Below are positions 9,309 to 19,468 of a stretch of DNA of 64,000 nt, piece after piece. The notes below the pieces were generated by a model. That model made no database searches, was not told the origin of the DNA, and saw nothing but the letters and a program-made list of their open reading frames with translations. The first letter of the stretch is position 1. Every line of letters starts with the position of its first letter. Source of the DNA: Acidobacteriota bacterium (GTDB taxonomy: Bacteria; Acidobacteriota; UBA890; WLXD01); NCBI GenBank assembly GCA_029263295.1, contig JAJCXT010000055.1, positions 17,085 to 81,084 on the forward strand. Direction: 5' to 3'. A program made the translations under genes and the position numbers.

Positions 9309-9944
9309 CTACTGGCCGATGGTCATGTAGCGCTCGAAGCGGGCAACCTCGTCCTCGTCGACATACTTGCCCATCTCGCGGCGAAACTGCTCGATGCCCG
9401 CGTAGGGTCGGTACTCTTCGAACTCGTGGATCATGCGCGGGCCCACACCCGGGATCGTCGCAAAGGCCTCGGACGATGCCGAGTTCAAGTCCAGCGGCAC
9501 GAAGACGAACTGCGCGAGCCTGGCCACCTCGTCATCGTCCACGTACTTGCCCATCTCGCGGCGAAACACCGCCAAGCCCACGTACGGCCGGTACTCCTCG
9601 AACTCGTGGGCCATGCGATTGCCGACGCCGGGGATCAGAAGAACCTCGGCCTCGGTCACGTCGTTCAGATTGATCGGCAGCCACAGCTGGCCATAGAGCT
9701 CGCTCTGCTGTTCTTCGCTCAGACCGGCGCCCACGGCGGCATGCAAGGTCGCCATGCTCAGCCAAGGCCTGCCCGCCAGGACTTTCGCGGCGCCGTCAGC
9801 TCCGAGCTGCGGCACTGCCGTCAGTTCCTCTTCCGAGGCCAGGTTCGGGTTGAGCAGGCCCTGACTATCGCCAACCTGGGCCAGCAGAGGACCAGCGATC
9901 AGTAACAACAGAACCAACGCGGGGCACAAGATACGGCGCTGCAT
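9309..9944 (-). CDS. Secreted helix-hairpin-helix repeat protein (ComEA-like HhH, three repeats)
   Basis: Signal peptide (MQRRILCPALVLLLLIAGPLLAQ); repeats LN.AS.E.L..(I/V)PG(V)G; AGGAG SD upstream. Confidence 0.85.
   Translation of the reverse strand: MQRRILCPALVLLLLIAGPLLAQVGDSQGLLNPNLASEEELTAVPQLGADGAAKVLAGRPWLSMATLHAAVGAGLSEEQQSELYGQLWLPINLNDVTEAEVLLIPGVGNRMAHEFEEYRPYVGLAVFRREMGKYVDDDEVARLAQFVFVPLDLNSASSEAFATIPGVGPRMIHEFEEYRPYAGIEQFRREMGKYVDEDEVARFERYMTIGQ
9340..9690. repeat. Intragenic tandem duplication with a 180-bp period
   Basis: TACTTGCCCATCTCGCGGCGAAAC at 9364 and 9544; GGTACTC(T/C)TCGAACTCGTGG at 9410 and 9590. Confidence 0.85.
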
Positions 9945-10135
9945 GGGCAGGCTCCTGGACGGTGTCGGATGAGCGGAATCGATGGGCCGAGATCAATCCA
10001 CAGAAGGGGAGTCGGATATCAGTTCGAAGTATGCCAGATCGAACTGCCGCCAGACCGCGGCGCGGGAACCGCCGGACCGGCTGGCCAGTTCTGACCGCTG
10101 AGACTGATCGGCACGTTCGTCTACGTTCGTGATAC

Positions 10136-10155
10136 TATATCCATATGTGGATATA
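10136..10155. promoter_or_regulatory. Palindromic operator upstream of permease 2; candidate PadR site
   Basis: TATATCCA-TATG-TGGATATA, perfect 8-bp arms, 30 nt before GTG 10186. Confidence 0.65.
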
Positions 10156-10185
10156 TCTAGCAGTGGGTAGAGCCGGGGTGCGGCT

Positions 10186-12861
10186 GTGAGCCCGGCAGCA
10201 CGCTGGTACGAGCGCATCCTGCGCTTGGGGCCGCGTTCGCTGCGTCGCGACTTCGGCGACGACATGGTGGCGGCATTCGACGCGATGCTCGCCGATGAGT
10301 GCGCCTCTGGGAATCCGCTACCGCGCCTGAGGGTGTGGTCGCGTGTCCTGACCGATCTGCTCGTGTCCAGCCTGAACAGCATCCGGGGCCAGTCCCCCGT
10401 GTATCGAATCCCCCGAAAGAGAACTCCCATGGAATCCCGTTTTCAGGACATTCGTTTCGCTCTGCGCACGATGCGAAGGCAGCCGCTGTTCGCCGTAGTC
10501 GCCATAGCAACGATCGCGATTGGCATCAGCGCTACCGCGACGATCTTCAGCATCGCCAACGGTCTGCTGCTTCGCGCCCCGACCGGCGTGCGCGAAAGTT
10601 CGGAACTGGTGAGCATTCACCGTGTGGCCCAGGACGAAACCGGTTTTCACTCCTTCGGACTACCCGCCTTTCGCCATCTGGCGAGCGCCGACAATGGCCT
10701 CACGAACATGGCGGCCTACGACAGCTTCGGCGGCAGCCTGGTAATCGACAGCACGCCCTATCGCGTTGCCGGCTCGATCGTATCCGCGAACTACTTCGAG
10801 ACGGTGGGCGTTCGCGCGGGCCTGGGGCGCTTCTTCTACCCCGAGGAAGACACCGTGCCCGGGCGCGACCTGGTCGCAGTGATCAGCGATCGTATGTGGC
10901 ACGAGCGCTACCGGGGGGACCCGGACATCATCGGCAGCGAGCTCGTTCTGAACGGCCGCGGGTTCGTGATTATCGGCGTGACCGAGCCTGAATTCATCGG
11001 CCACCTCGCAGCTTTCCTGAACGACGTCTGGGTCCCGTTGTCGGCTCAGGGTCTGATTCGCGGCGCGACAAACCTGTCCGAAGAAGAGGCTTCGGTCGGC
11101 CTGGAGATCGTGGCTCGTCTCGCGCCGGGGTCCAATGTGGAACTGGCCCAGGACGCCATCGACAGGGCGGGCAGCGCGTTTCATGAGCCTCGCGACGAGA
11201 AGTGGTTCGGGGCTGACGTGTACGCCTACGCGCCGATCGTGCCGATCGCACGGCAGGGGCTCAACCTGTTCCTGGCCGCCATGTTCGTGGTCGCCGGCGT
11301 GCTGCTCACCATCACCGCCGTCAACGTCGCGAACATGATGTTGTCGCGCGCCGCCGCCCGGTCGCGAGAGATCGGCGTTCGCTTGGCCCTGGGCGCCACC
11401 CGTGGCCGACTGGTCACGCAGTTGCTCACAGAGAGCGTGATTCTGTTCCTCTGCGGCGGTGTCCTCGGAACGCTCATCACGGTCTGGACAACCGGCCTGC
11501 TGGGGAGCCTCGCCCTGCCAATTCCGATCCCGATGGACCTGCATTTCGCGCCGGATTTTCGAGTCCTGGCGTTCGCGCTCACGATGGCGGCCACCACCGG
11601 CATCGCGTTCGGGTTGTCGCCCGCACTGCACGCCACGCGTGGTGACCTCACCGGCGCGCTCAAGGAGAACGGCACGCCACCACGGCGCCGTCAACGACTG
11701 CGCAGCGTTCTGGTAGTCACGCAGGTGGCCGGCTCCGCATTGCTGCTGGTCGTCGCGGGGTTGCTGATTCGCTCGGCCGGGCGCGTCACCTCACTCGACC
11801 TCGGGCTCGACACCAACGATGTCCACGCGTTCATGCTCGATACCCGCGAGGCGAATCGATCGCCGGACGAGAGTCGGCAGTTCTACGGAACCCTCCTGAA
11901 CGACGCGGCGAGCTTCTCAGGCGTCGACTCGATTGGTGCCATCGATGTCCCTCCGTTGACCGGCAGCAACCAGCAGAGCACGGTGATCCTGCCGGACATG
12001 CCGCCGGAGCCAGAGGTGGGCCTGCGCAAGGTGGAGTTCGCGCAGGTCTCCCCCAGCTACCTCGCCACAATGCGCATCCCGCTGGTGGCCGGCCGCCAGT
12101 TCAGCGACGCCGACACGGCCGACACGCCCAAGGTCGTCATCGTGAACGAGCATCTGGCGAATACCTTCTGGCCCGGTGAGAGCGCCGTCGGCAAGCGTTT
12201 CGCCTTCCGGGCAGCGAACGATCCGATCGACCTCGAGATCGTTGGGGTGGCCCGCGACAGCAAGATCCGAACGCCCGGCGATCAGGCCCGACCTCTGGTC
12301 TACGGCCACTGGGAGCAGTTCGGCGGCCGCGGGTACACGGTTGTGGCGCGCGTCGAGAGCCCGTCCGTGGCACTGATGATCCGCGACTACGTCAGCGAGA
12401 TCGACCCGGTACTGCCGCCGGCGCAGCCCATCGAGTACGCCGAACTAGTGGGCCTGTCATTGCTGCCGGCGAAGATCGCGACGATTCTCGCCACAGTGTT
12501 CGGCGCGGCGGGCCTGCTTCTCGTAGCACTGGGCCTCTACGGCCTTCTAGCCTATTCGGTAGCCCAGCGATCACACGAGATCGGCGTGCGTATGGCGCTG
12601 GGTGCTCACCAGTCCAGCGTGCGGAGCATGATCGTCGGCGACGGGCTCCGACTTACCGTGGTGGGACTCGGCATCGGTCTCCTGGCGGCCGCCGGCCTCG
12701 GCCAGCTCATTCGCTGGATGCTGTTCGGCCTGAGCCCATTCGACCCGGTCACATTCATCAGCATCGCCGTGCTGCTGTTGACCATCGCCGGCCTGGCCTG
12801 CTGGCTACCGGCGCGCCGCGCCGCGGCGACCAACCCCGTCAACGCATTGAGAGCAGAGTAA
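10186..12861 (+). CDS. ADOP-type duplicated ABC permease #2, with a P..LRRDFGDDM-type prefix
   Basis: FQDIRFALRTM, IGISATATIFS, NVANMML..REIGVRLALGA, GLYGLLAYSV...EIGVRMALGA, PARRAAATNPVNALRAE. Confidence 0.93.
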   Translation: MSPAARWYERILRLGPRSLRRDFGDDMVAAFDAMLADECASGNPLPRLRVWSRVLTDLLVSSLNSIRGQSPVYRIPRKRTPMESRFQDIRFALRTMRRQPLFAVVAIATIAIGISATATIFSIANGLLLRAPTGVRESSELVSIHRVAQDETGFHSFGLPAFRHLASADNGLTNMAAYDSFGGSLVIDSTPYRVAGSIVSANYFETVGVRAGLGRFFYPEEDTVPGRDLVAVISDRMWHERYRGDPDIIGSELVLNGRGFVIIGVTEPEFIGHLAAFLNDVWVPLSAQGLIRGATNLSEEEASVGLEIVARLAPGSNVELAQDAIDRAGSAFHEPRDEKWFGADVYAYAPIVPIARQGLNLFLAAMFVVAGVLLTITAVNVANMMLSRAAARSREIGVRLALGATRGRLVTQLLTESVILFLCGGVLGTLITVWTTGLLGSLALPIPIPMDLHFAPDFRVLAFALTMAATTGIAFGLSPALHATRGDLTGALKENGTPPRRRQRLRSVLVVTQVAGSALLLVVAGLLIRSAGRVTSLDLGLDTNDVHAFMLDTREANRSPDESRQFYGTLLNDAASFSGVDSIGAIDVPPLTGSNQQSTVILPDMPPEPEVGLRKVEFAQVSPSYLATMRIPLVAGRQFSDADTADTPKVVIVNEHLANTFWPGESAVGKRFAFRAANDPIDLEIVGVARDSKIRTPGDQARPLVYGHWEQFGGRGYTVVARVESPSVALMIRDYVSEIDPVLPPAQPIEYAELVGLSLLPAKIATILATVFGAAGLLLVALGLYGLLAYSVAQRSHEIGVRMALGAHQSSVRSMIVGDGLRLTVVGLGIGLLAAAGLGQLIRWMLFGLSPFDPVTFISIAVLLLTIAGLACWLPARRAAATNPVNALRAE

Positions 12862-12866
12862 GCACG

Positions 12867-13175
12867 ATGAGCCAACCGTTGCGCCCGCTGGTGTTCCAGA
12901 TTCTCCTGATCCTCAACGAGGAGGAAACACACGGCTACGGAATCATGAAAGCCGTTAACGAACGCACAGGCCGTAAGACGATCCTGGGACCGGCCACGCT
13001 CTACCGCACGCTCGGACAGATGCGTGACCAGGGACTGATCGACGAGACCCCCACCGACGATGAGCGGCGCCGCGTCTACACGCTGAGCGAAGAAGGGCGC
13101 CGCATGGCCCGGGACGAGGCCGAGCGCATGGCGATGCTCGTGGAACGGGCGCGCGCCGGGCGGCTCCTTGGCTAG
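12867..13175 (+). CDS. PadR-family regulator (class B)
   Basis: PLRPLVFQILLIL...HGYGIMKAV...LGPATLYRTL...DERRRVYTLSEEGR. Confidence 0.92.
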   Translation: MSQPLRPLVFQILLILNEEETHGYGIMKAVNERTGRKTILGPATLYRTLGQMRDQGLIDETPTDDERRRVYTLSEEGRRMARDEAERMAMLVERARAGRLLG

Positions 13176-13181
13176 ACGTCG

Positions 13182-14336
13182 TTAGAACGAACTCTTGAGC
13201 CAGGCGAAGACGCTACTGCCGTTGTCACCGGAGAACTGCGTTTCGGCGCCGCCAAAGAGCAACTGGCCCGCGGCCGACAGCGTGATGTTGTTCGACAGTG
13301 AATAGTCCAACCGCGGGCTGACGTAGGCAGAGTGATCGTTCGGATTGAACACCGACGCCATGCCCAGTCGAGTTAGCGGCGACAGCTGATACTGCGCCGC
13401 GACCATGACATTCCAGCGCGCCAGACTTAGCGTTCGCGCGTCGACGAAGACGGTGCCGAGAATGGGGCTGTTCCCTACCGGTTCGGTGGTCCCGAGACTG
13501 TTGTAGATGAACTCGGTAGTCAGCATGAGGCTGCTCGCGAACGTGTAGTTAGCGCCCGCCGAAGCGATGAACTGCTCGTCGGTGATCGCGCCAGTGCCCC
13601 CCGGGCCGAAGTACGTTAGCTCGCCGTTGAACCCCGCCGCGCCTAGTTGCCCGGACCACCCGAACCCGACGCCAACCGCGCCCTGGACCGACCCGGCAAG
13701 CGCCTGCACATCGTAGCCACCGACGTTGGTGCGGAACAGTCCGGCCGCTGTCACCCGGTCGTCGTAGTCCACCTTCACCGCCGCCTCGGCGGAAGACACC
13801 GGCCCAGTGTAATAGCGCACCCGCATGGAGTCGGATCCCGGCTTCTCGATATAGGTGATGTCGAAGAAGGACGCCGCGTTGAAGATGTCGTTCGGGTTCC
13901 ACACCATGTTCATGCCCCAGTTCACGCGCTGGCGGCCCGCTTGCATCTCGAGGCTGCCGCTCGTGTGCTGAATACTGAAGCGATCGAAATTCACGTAGGC
14001 GACATGATCGTTGGCCGAGCTGATCTCGTAGGTGAGATCCAGCCAGCCGGGATCGAGCGTGACGAGGTCGCCATACCCCGGAACGGACTCCACAATGCCA
14101 CCGTACGTCGTCAGGGCACGCCCCGCGGCATAGCCTTCCCAGCCATCCGTGGGATACCAGCGCAGGTCGAGCCGAGCGTTGAATTGACTGGTCAGCGGCA
14201 CCGATTCGCGCGCACCGAACACGCCAATCGCCAGGGTCTCCCAGAAACCTGACAGTTCGAAAGCCGCATTCTGGGCGTGCGCCGGCGCGGCGGCACCGAC
14301 TGCGAGCAGCAGGAACGCGAGGCGCGCTAGCCTCAT
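13182..14336 (-). CDS. Exported protein, probable outer-membrane beta-barrel, associated with the LolA-like/ABC operon
   Basis: Signal peptide AHA-Q; GRQRVNWG..WNPNDIF motif; alternating beta pattern; C-terminal Phe (WLKSSF). Confidence 0.75.
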   Translation of the reverse strand: MRLARLAFLLLAVGAAAPAHAQNAAFELSGFWETLAIGVFGARESVPLTSQFNARLDLRWYPTDGWEGYAAGRALTTYGGIVESVPGYGDLVTLDPGWLDLTYEISSANDHVAYVNFDRFSIQHTSGSLEMQAGRQRVNWGMNMVWNPNDIFNAASFFDITYIEKPGSDSMRVRYYTGPVSSAEAAVKVDYDDRVTAAGLFRTNVGGYDVQALAGSVQGAVGVGFGWSGQLGAAGFNGELTYFGPGGTGAITDEQFIASAGANYTFASSLMLTTEFIYNSLGTTEPVGNSPILGTVFVDARTLSLARWNVMVAAQYQLSPLTRLGMASVFNPNDHSAYVSPRLDYSLSNNITLSAAGQLLFGGAETQFSGDNGSSVFAWLKSSF

Positions 14337-14337
14337 G

Positions 14338-15024
14338 TCAATGCGCCGTCGAATCGCTCACGACCTTGCCGTCGTCGAGCGCTACTACCCGTCGCGCTTT
14401 GTCGATGACGCGTTGGTCATGCGTGGCAAACACGAAGGTGACGCCGCTCTGGCGGTTCATCTCGAGCATCATGTCGAGCAGATCTTCGGTCGCGTGCGAG
14501 TCGAGATTGGCCGTGGGCTCGTCCGCGAGCACGAACTCCGGCTTCGAGGCGAGCGAGCGCGCGACCGCGACGCGTTGCTGCTGACCACCGGACATCAGCG
14601 CCGGCCGAACTTCGGCCTTCTCGGCAATGCCGACCGCTTCGAGCAGCTCGCGCGACCGCACGGAGCGATCCGCCTTGTCCACGCCCTGCAGTTCCATGAT
14701 GAACTCGATGTTCTCGCGCGCCGTCAGTACCGGGATCAGGTTGTAGGCCTGAAAGACGAACCCGATCCGGAGAAGGCGAAAGTCCGTGAGTTCACGATCG
14801 CTCATGCTGTCGATGCGCGTGCCGCCAATAAGAATCTCGCCCGACGTCACGGAATCGAGTCCACCCACCATGTTCAGGAGCGTCGTCTTGCCGCATCCGG
14901 AGGGCCCGATGATGGCCGTGAACTCGCCCTTCTCGACCTGCAGGTTGATGCCATTCACGGCGTGAACCGGCACACCGTTGCCCTCGTAGGTCTTGTACAC
15001 ATCGCGAGCGTCAATTACGGGCAC
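14338..15024 (-). CDS. ABC transporter ATP-binding protein (LolD/MacB-type)
   Basis: Walker A GPSGCGKT, GFVFQAYNL, signature MSGGQQQRVAVAR, Walker B VLADEPTANLD, ATHD. Confidence 0.96.
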   Translation of the reverse strand: MPVIDARDVYKTYEGNGVPVHAVNGINLQVEKGEFTAIIGPSGCGKTTLLNMVGGLDSVTSGEILIGGTRIDSMSDRELTDFRLLRIGFVFQAYNLIPVLTARENIEFIMELQGVDKADRSVRSRELLEAVGIAEKAEVRPALMSGGQQQRVAVARSLASKPEFVLADEPTANLDSHATEDLLDMMLEMNRQSGVTFVFATHDQRVIDKARRVVALDDGKVVSDSTAH

Positions 15025-15036
15025 TGCTTTCCCCTA

Positions 15037-16257
15037 TCAAGTGTCGGCTCGGATCGCCTCGGCCGGCAGCAGTTTCAGCGCGCGGCGAGCGGGATAGATA
15101 GACGCGATGAATGCGGTCACCAGGACCATGGCCGCGACCTTGAAGTAGAACGTCGTGGTGCTCTCGGGATAGACGATCGGGTCGTAGCCAATGGCCCTGA
15201 ACCCATCCGAGTAAGCCTGCAGGTTCAACCCCACTCGCTGCGTGTAACCCACCACGGCAACGCTGAGCGCGATGCCCGCGATACCACCGACCATCGACAG
15301 GAACGCGGTCTCGTACAGCAGCATCCGGAATACCCGTACGCGTGCCATTCCGAGAGCCATCAGCATGCCGATCTCACGGGTGCGCTCCATCACCACCATC
15401 AGCATCGTGTTGACGATGCCAAAGCCGAGGGCGGTCAGGATGATCGCCAGGAACCCGTACCCGAACGCTCCGGTGAAGTCAGCGGTCAACTGGAGCAGCG
15501 GCGAGAGGTCCCGCCATGTCCGCACGAGGAACTCCGGGTGGGCCTCGGCGACCGCCTCGGCGACTTCCAGCGTGGCATCACGCGGCTCCACGCGAACAAT
15601 GATCTCCGAGGCTGCGCCGGCGGCAAAACCCGTCAACTCTGCGAGATCTTGCTGCGTGACGAACACATTGGCGCCGTCGAACATACTGTTGATGGTCTCG
15701 AAGATCCCGACCACGCGAAAGGCACCGTAGACGATCTCTCCGGTCGGGCTCACGACGGACGCGACCACGCGCGACCGCAGCCGGACCTCGAGATCCTCGG
15801 CGGTCTCGCGGCTCATCAACATCGGGATGCGTTCGTCGGCGCTGAGGTACTCGCCCTCCACCAGTTTCTCCGCGAGGTCCGAGACCTCGCCAACGTGCTC
15901 GAGATCCACGCCCGCGATGCGCACGGCCGCGGTGCCCTCGGCGCTGCTGACCATCGCCGTCCCGACGATGCGCGACGACACCCCGACCACGCTGGGTAAC
16001 TGGCGAATCTCGTCCACCAGGACGTCGACATCGTCGAGTGCGTAACGCAGGTCGCGGTCGGCGGGGTACTCGGGATGGTGCACCTGGAAGTTGCCGAGCT
16101 CGGTACGGAGCGTGCCGCGAATCTGCTGGTTGGCGAGCCCCATCATGAGGGCGTAGCTGAACACACCACCAAGAAGGCCAAAGGCGATGGCCGAGGCAAT
16201 GACGAGGCTGCGCAGGCGGTTGCGCCAGACGTTGCGCCAGGCGATGTGCCACAGCAT
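15037..16257 (-). CDS. ABC transporter permease, FtsX/LolE-like
   Basis: AWRNVWRNRLRS N-terminus; GIVNTMLMVVMERTREIGMLMALG; YPARRALKL.P.EAIR. Confidence 0.93.
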   Translation of the reverse strand: MLWHIAWRNVWRNRLRSLVIASAIAFGLLGGVFSYALMMGLANQQIRGTLRTELGNFQVHHPEYPADRDLRYALDDVDVLVDEIRQLPSVVGVSSRIVGTAMVSSAEGTAAVRIAGVDLEHVGEVSDLAEKLVEGEYLSADERIPMLMSRETAEDLEVRLRSRVVASVVSPTGEIVYGAFRVVGIFETINSMFDGANVFVTQQDLAELTGFAAGAASEIIVRVEPRDATLEVAEAVAEAHPEFLVRTWRDLSPLLQLTADFTGAFGYGFLAIILTALGFGIVNTMLMVVMERTREIGMLMALGMARVRVFRMLLYETAFLSMVGGIAGIALSVAVVGYTQRVGLNLQAYSDGFRAIGYDPIVYPESTTTFYFKVAAMVLVTAFIASIYPARRALKLLPAEAIRADT

Positions 16258-16260
16258 CGC

Positions 16261-17481
16261 CTACCTCCCGGTGATGGCGCGCATGATGTGCAGGCGCCGG
16301 ATGGAGACGATCGGGAAGGAGGCAACGACCAACGCCATCACCAGAACCACGAGTCCCTGCGCCACGAAGATGCCAGGATCGAGCGCAAAGGGGATGAACG
16401 GCGGGATGTTGAACTCCTCGAAGACCGTCACCAGATCGCCCGTCACCGGTATCGGATGGAGGTGAAACCAGTAGATGATCGGCATCGAGACAATCAACCC
16501 CGCCACCACGCCGACGACGACCAGCGCGATGGTCTCGATGAACAGCACCATCGCCAACCTGCTCCTGCGCAGACCCACGGCGTTCATCACGCCAAACTCG
16601 CGCCGGCGCTCCATCGTGCTCATGAGCACGGTGCCCAGCAGCCCGAATCCGGCCACCATGTAGAGAATCCCCAGCATGAAGATGCCGCCCGCGCTGTCCG
16701 ACTGAATCTGCTGCACGACCTCCTTCGACGTTTCACGCCAGGTCATCACCTCGTAGTCGGTGCCGAGTATGGCGACGAGTGCGTCCGCGGTTACCTGCAA
16801 CGCGCCGCCGTTGTCGAGCATCACGGACAGTGAGGTCACCTGGTCAGGCGGAGCGGCGTACAGCTCACGCGCCGCGGCCAGGGGCACGTACGCCATGCCG
16901 GTCTCGAGGTTGCCCATCATCGTGAGATCGAAGATCCCGATCACCGGCAGGAGGTCCGCGGCCGTCTGACCACGATACCCGGCCCCGAGTAGCACCACCT
17001 CATCGCCAACTGTCGCGCCGAGGTAGTCGGCGAGGCTGCGCAGGAGGAGCACTCCGCGCTGGCCCGCGGCAAGATAGTCCCCTTCGACCACGCGGTCGGC
17101 GAGCGAAGTGTAGCGATGCTCCACCGCCGGTTCCGTCCCGATGACGGCCGACGGCTTGGTGCGGTCACCGAACGAGATCAGAGCGAACGACTCCAGGCGC
17201 GGAATGACGTCGACCACACCCTCTACCGTCATCACCTGGCCGAGCGTCGCAGCGTCGGCGTGGATCGACCGGTCGATGGACTTGTTGTCCCAGTAGCCCT
17301 CCCCGTGCACCTGAATGTAGCCGGTCCTCGCCACCGTCGAGCCGATCATGGCGTCGTAGCTGCCGTACTGCATCGAGCGCATCAGCAAGCCGAGGACCAC
17401 TGCGAGGAGGATGGTGGCCAGAGTCAACACCGACCGGCGTCGGTTCCTCCACACATTGCGCCAGGCGAGGGTCCAGAGCAT
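16261..17481 (-). CDS. ABC transporter permease, FtsX/LolE-like
   Basis: AWRNVWRNRRRS N-terminus; GTVLMSTMERRREFGVMNAVG; paralogue of the adjacent permease. Confidence 0.93.
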   Translation of the reverse strand: MLWTLAWRNVWRNRRRSVLTLATILLAVVLGLLMRSMQYGSYDAMIGSTVARTGYIQVHGEGYWDNKSIDRSIHADAATLGQVMTVEGVVDVIPRLESFALISFGDRTKPSAVIGTEPAVEHRYTSLADRVVEGDYLAAGQRGVLLLRSLADYLGATVGDEVVLLGAGYRGQTAADLLPVIGIFDLTMMGNLETGMAYVPLAAARELYAAPPDQVTSLSVMLDNGGALQVTADALVAILGTDYEVMTWRETSKEVVQQIQSDSAGGIFMLGILYMVAGFGLLGTVLMSTMERRREFGVMNAVGLRRSRLAMVLFIETIALVVVGVVAGLIVSMPIIYWFHLHPIPVTGDLVTVFEEFNIPPFIPFALDPGIFVAQGLVVLVMALVVASFPIVSIRRLHIMRAITGR

Positions 17482-17484
17482 TCC

Positions 17485-18261
17485 CTACCTCACGGTGCGC
17501 ATTCGTTGCTGCGAGAAAAAGGCCTCGTCAACGTCAATGTGGAAATCGGCCGTCTCGGTGACCATGATGGTCTGGTGGCCGGGCTTCTTCGCGTCCTCCA
17601 TCACCATGCGGGTGGGAATCTCGCGGTCGTCCATCAGCTTCACGTCGCTGGCCGTGAGCCGGTTGATGAGCTCGCCGTCTTCGTCGTAGTACTCGGCTCG
17701 CAGCATGAAGTACTCGGTCTTCGCGATCCACAGCACCACACGACCCCACACGACCGGAGCCTCCGGCAGCGGCATGAGCTCGATCTGATAGGTGTCGTGA
17801 CCCTCGACGGTCTCCTGGCCAACGATCTCCTGGGTGTAGTCGATCACCAGCGAGTCGACGCGCACGAGGTCGTTGTTGGTGAAGTCGGAGCCCATCCATG
17901 ACTGGTTCATCATCGACGGGGGGATCTTCACGGAGCGTTGAACACGCGGGACCCAGTTCCACATGTCGTTCTCACGCTTGAGAAATACCTGCCCCTTGTC
18001 GCGCGCCGGCGCCGTGATCAGGATCAGGTAGTAGTCGGTGCCCAGCGACCACGACTTCATGGCCATCTCACGGGTCCAGTCAGGCCGGACGATCTGCATG
18101 CTCGCGGTCGAGTAGCTGTTGAGCCCGCGTGCAAGGTCGTTGGCGCGGCGCACCAGTTCGCGCGCGTCGAGGTCCTGCCCGGCGATGCCGGAACTGGCCG
18201 TGGCGAAGGCGGCCAGGATGAGAGCGATCAAGCCCTTCCGCGCGGATCTGGCCAACGACAT
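17485..18261 (-). CDS. LolA-like outer-membrane lipoprotein-sorting family protein
   Basis: APARDKGQVFLK...MW..P......I..SMM.QSWMGSDFTNNDL...EYYDEDGEL; signal peptide; GGAGG SD before ATG 18261. Confidence 0.85.
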   Translation of the reverse strand: MSLARSARKGLIALILAAFATASSGIAGQDLDARELVRRANDLARGLNSYSTASMQIVRPDWTREMAMKSWSLGTDYYLILITAPARDKGQVFLKRENDMWNWVPRVQRSVKIPPSMMNQSWMGSDFTNNDLVRVDSLVIDYTQEIVGQETVEGHDTYQIELMPLPEAPVVWGRVVLWIAKTEYFMLRAEYYDEDGELINRLTASDVKLMDDREIPTRMVMEDAKKPGHQTIMVTETADFHIDVDEAFFSQQRMRTVR

Positions 18262-18357
18262 GGCATCCTCCACCGTTACTCGGATCGCCGGCCGCAGACG
18301 GCCGTGCTGGTTCAAGGATAACGCCAAAGAGGTGTCGCCGCTCGGATTTAGCCGGCC

Positions 18358-19350
18358 TCAATCCTGCCCGATCAGCTCGCGATTCCAGGCGACAAAGGCT
18401 CGCTCGACGTAGTCGCCGCCGAACTGCAGGAACTCTCCCAGTGGTACCGGAATTTCGTACGCGGCGGTCGCCTCGAGCGGTGTGAGGCCCCGCTCCGCCG
18501 CCCTCCGGCCAGCGCTCTCGAGGTCCTGCAGCAGGCCGAGATAATTGGCGAGCTCCGCAGCATCGCCGATCGCACCGTGACCCGGCACGTAGCGAACGCC
18601 AGCCCGGCCCAGAATCTCCTCACAGTGCCGCACCTGGTGCGAGGGAATCGCGTCGACGAAGTTAGGGAACATCTCGTTCCAGACGAGATCGCCGCAGAAC
18701 ACCACCTGATGCTCCTGGACCTCGATGGTGATATCGCTCGCAGTGTGCCCCTTCCGCGGTGTTATCCCTACCGTGACGCCGCCAAGATCGATACGGCCGT
18801 TCGCTTCTTCGTTCAGCGTCTGCCCGGGCAGCAACGGCTCTTCACCGGCTGCCATGAGTGCCTTGGTGGTGGGTGTGGAGTACACGAACTGCGAGCTGGA
18901 TACTGCGCCGGGAAGACCGTGGCAGTGGTCGCCGTGAAAGTGGGTCACCACGACATGGGTCGGGCGCTCGCCGGTCAGGCGTTCCGAGTGCTCGGCCACC
19001 CACGCCGCACCCTCGTCGCTCATATATCCCTCGATGTGAAGCAGGCCTTGCGACCCCAGCACGATTCCGCCATTGGACGTCGTCTCAAAGTGGGTGGTGC
19101 CATTCTTCAGCGGCGTCGAGATGACCGCCCAGACGCCTTCGCCGAGCTTCTCGATCCGTGCAAAGTCCGATTCCGCGACCACTTGGCCGCTCACCCGAGA
19201 GCCATACGCGCGCCGGGCCGTCAACGGTACCGCCGCCAGTCCTGCCGCCAGATAGCCGGCGCAACTGCCCGACAGCCGCACAAAGTCACGCCGGGTCCAC
19301 TCACCCGACCCGATCGATGGCTGTTCGGCGTGCTCGATGGCGGTCTTCAA
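18358..19350 (-). CDS. Tat-exported metallo-beta-lactamase-fold hydrolase
   Basis: Tat motif TRRDFVRL; THFHGDH (HxHxDH), GHT..D, FCGDL, VPGHG. TTG at 19350 follows AGGAG. Confidence 0.85.
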   Translation of the reverse strand: MKTAIEHAEQPSIGSGEWTRRDFVRLSGSCAGYLAAGLAAVPLTARRAYGSRVSGQVVAESDFARIEKLGEGVWAVISTPLKNGTTHFETTSNGGIVLGSQGLLHIEGYMSDEGAAWVAEHSERLTGERPTHVVVTHFHGDHCHGLPGAVSSSQFVYSTPTTKALMAAGEEPLLPGQTLNEEANGRIDLGGVTVGITPRKGHTASDITIEVQEHQVVFCGDLVWNEMFPNFVDAIPSHQVRHCEEILGRAGVRYVPGHGAIGDAAELANYLGLLQDLESAGRRAAERGLTPLEATAAYEIPVPLGEFLQFGGDYVERAFVAWNRELIGQD

Positions 19351-19468
19351 ATTGACTCTCCTGGCTGGCCGTGGCGGCAGTCCGGTGGCATCCGGGCTCG
19401 TGAGACGCACTCTATTGCCTCTCGAGCCCGGCCTCAATTGTGGTCGCCGGCGCCAAGATGATGTATTT

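Noticed and set aside
10020..10046. Inverted repeat CAGTTCGA-N11-TCGAACTG in the HhH/permease intergenic region
   Set aside because: Single 8-bp arms with no T tract or recurrence; could be chance, so not called as a feature.
14335..15999. 554-aa plus-strand ORF
   Set aside because: Antisense shadow of the ABC ATPase and permease genes; no recognisable motifs; long shadow ORFs are expected at this GC content.
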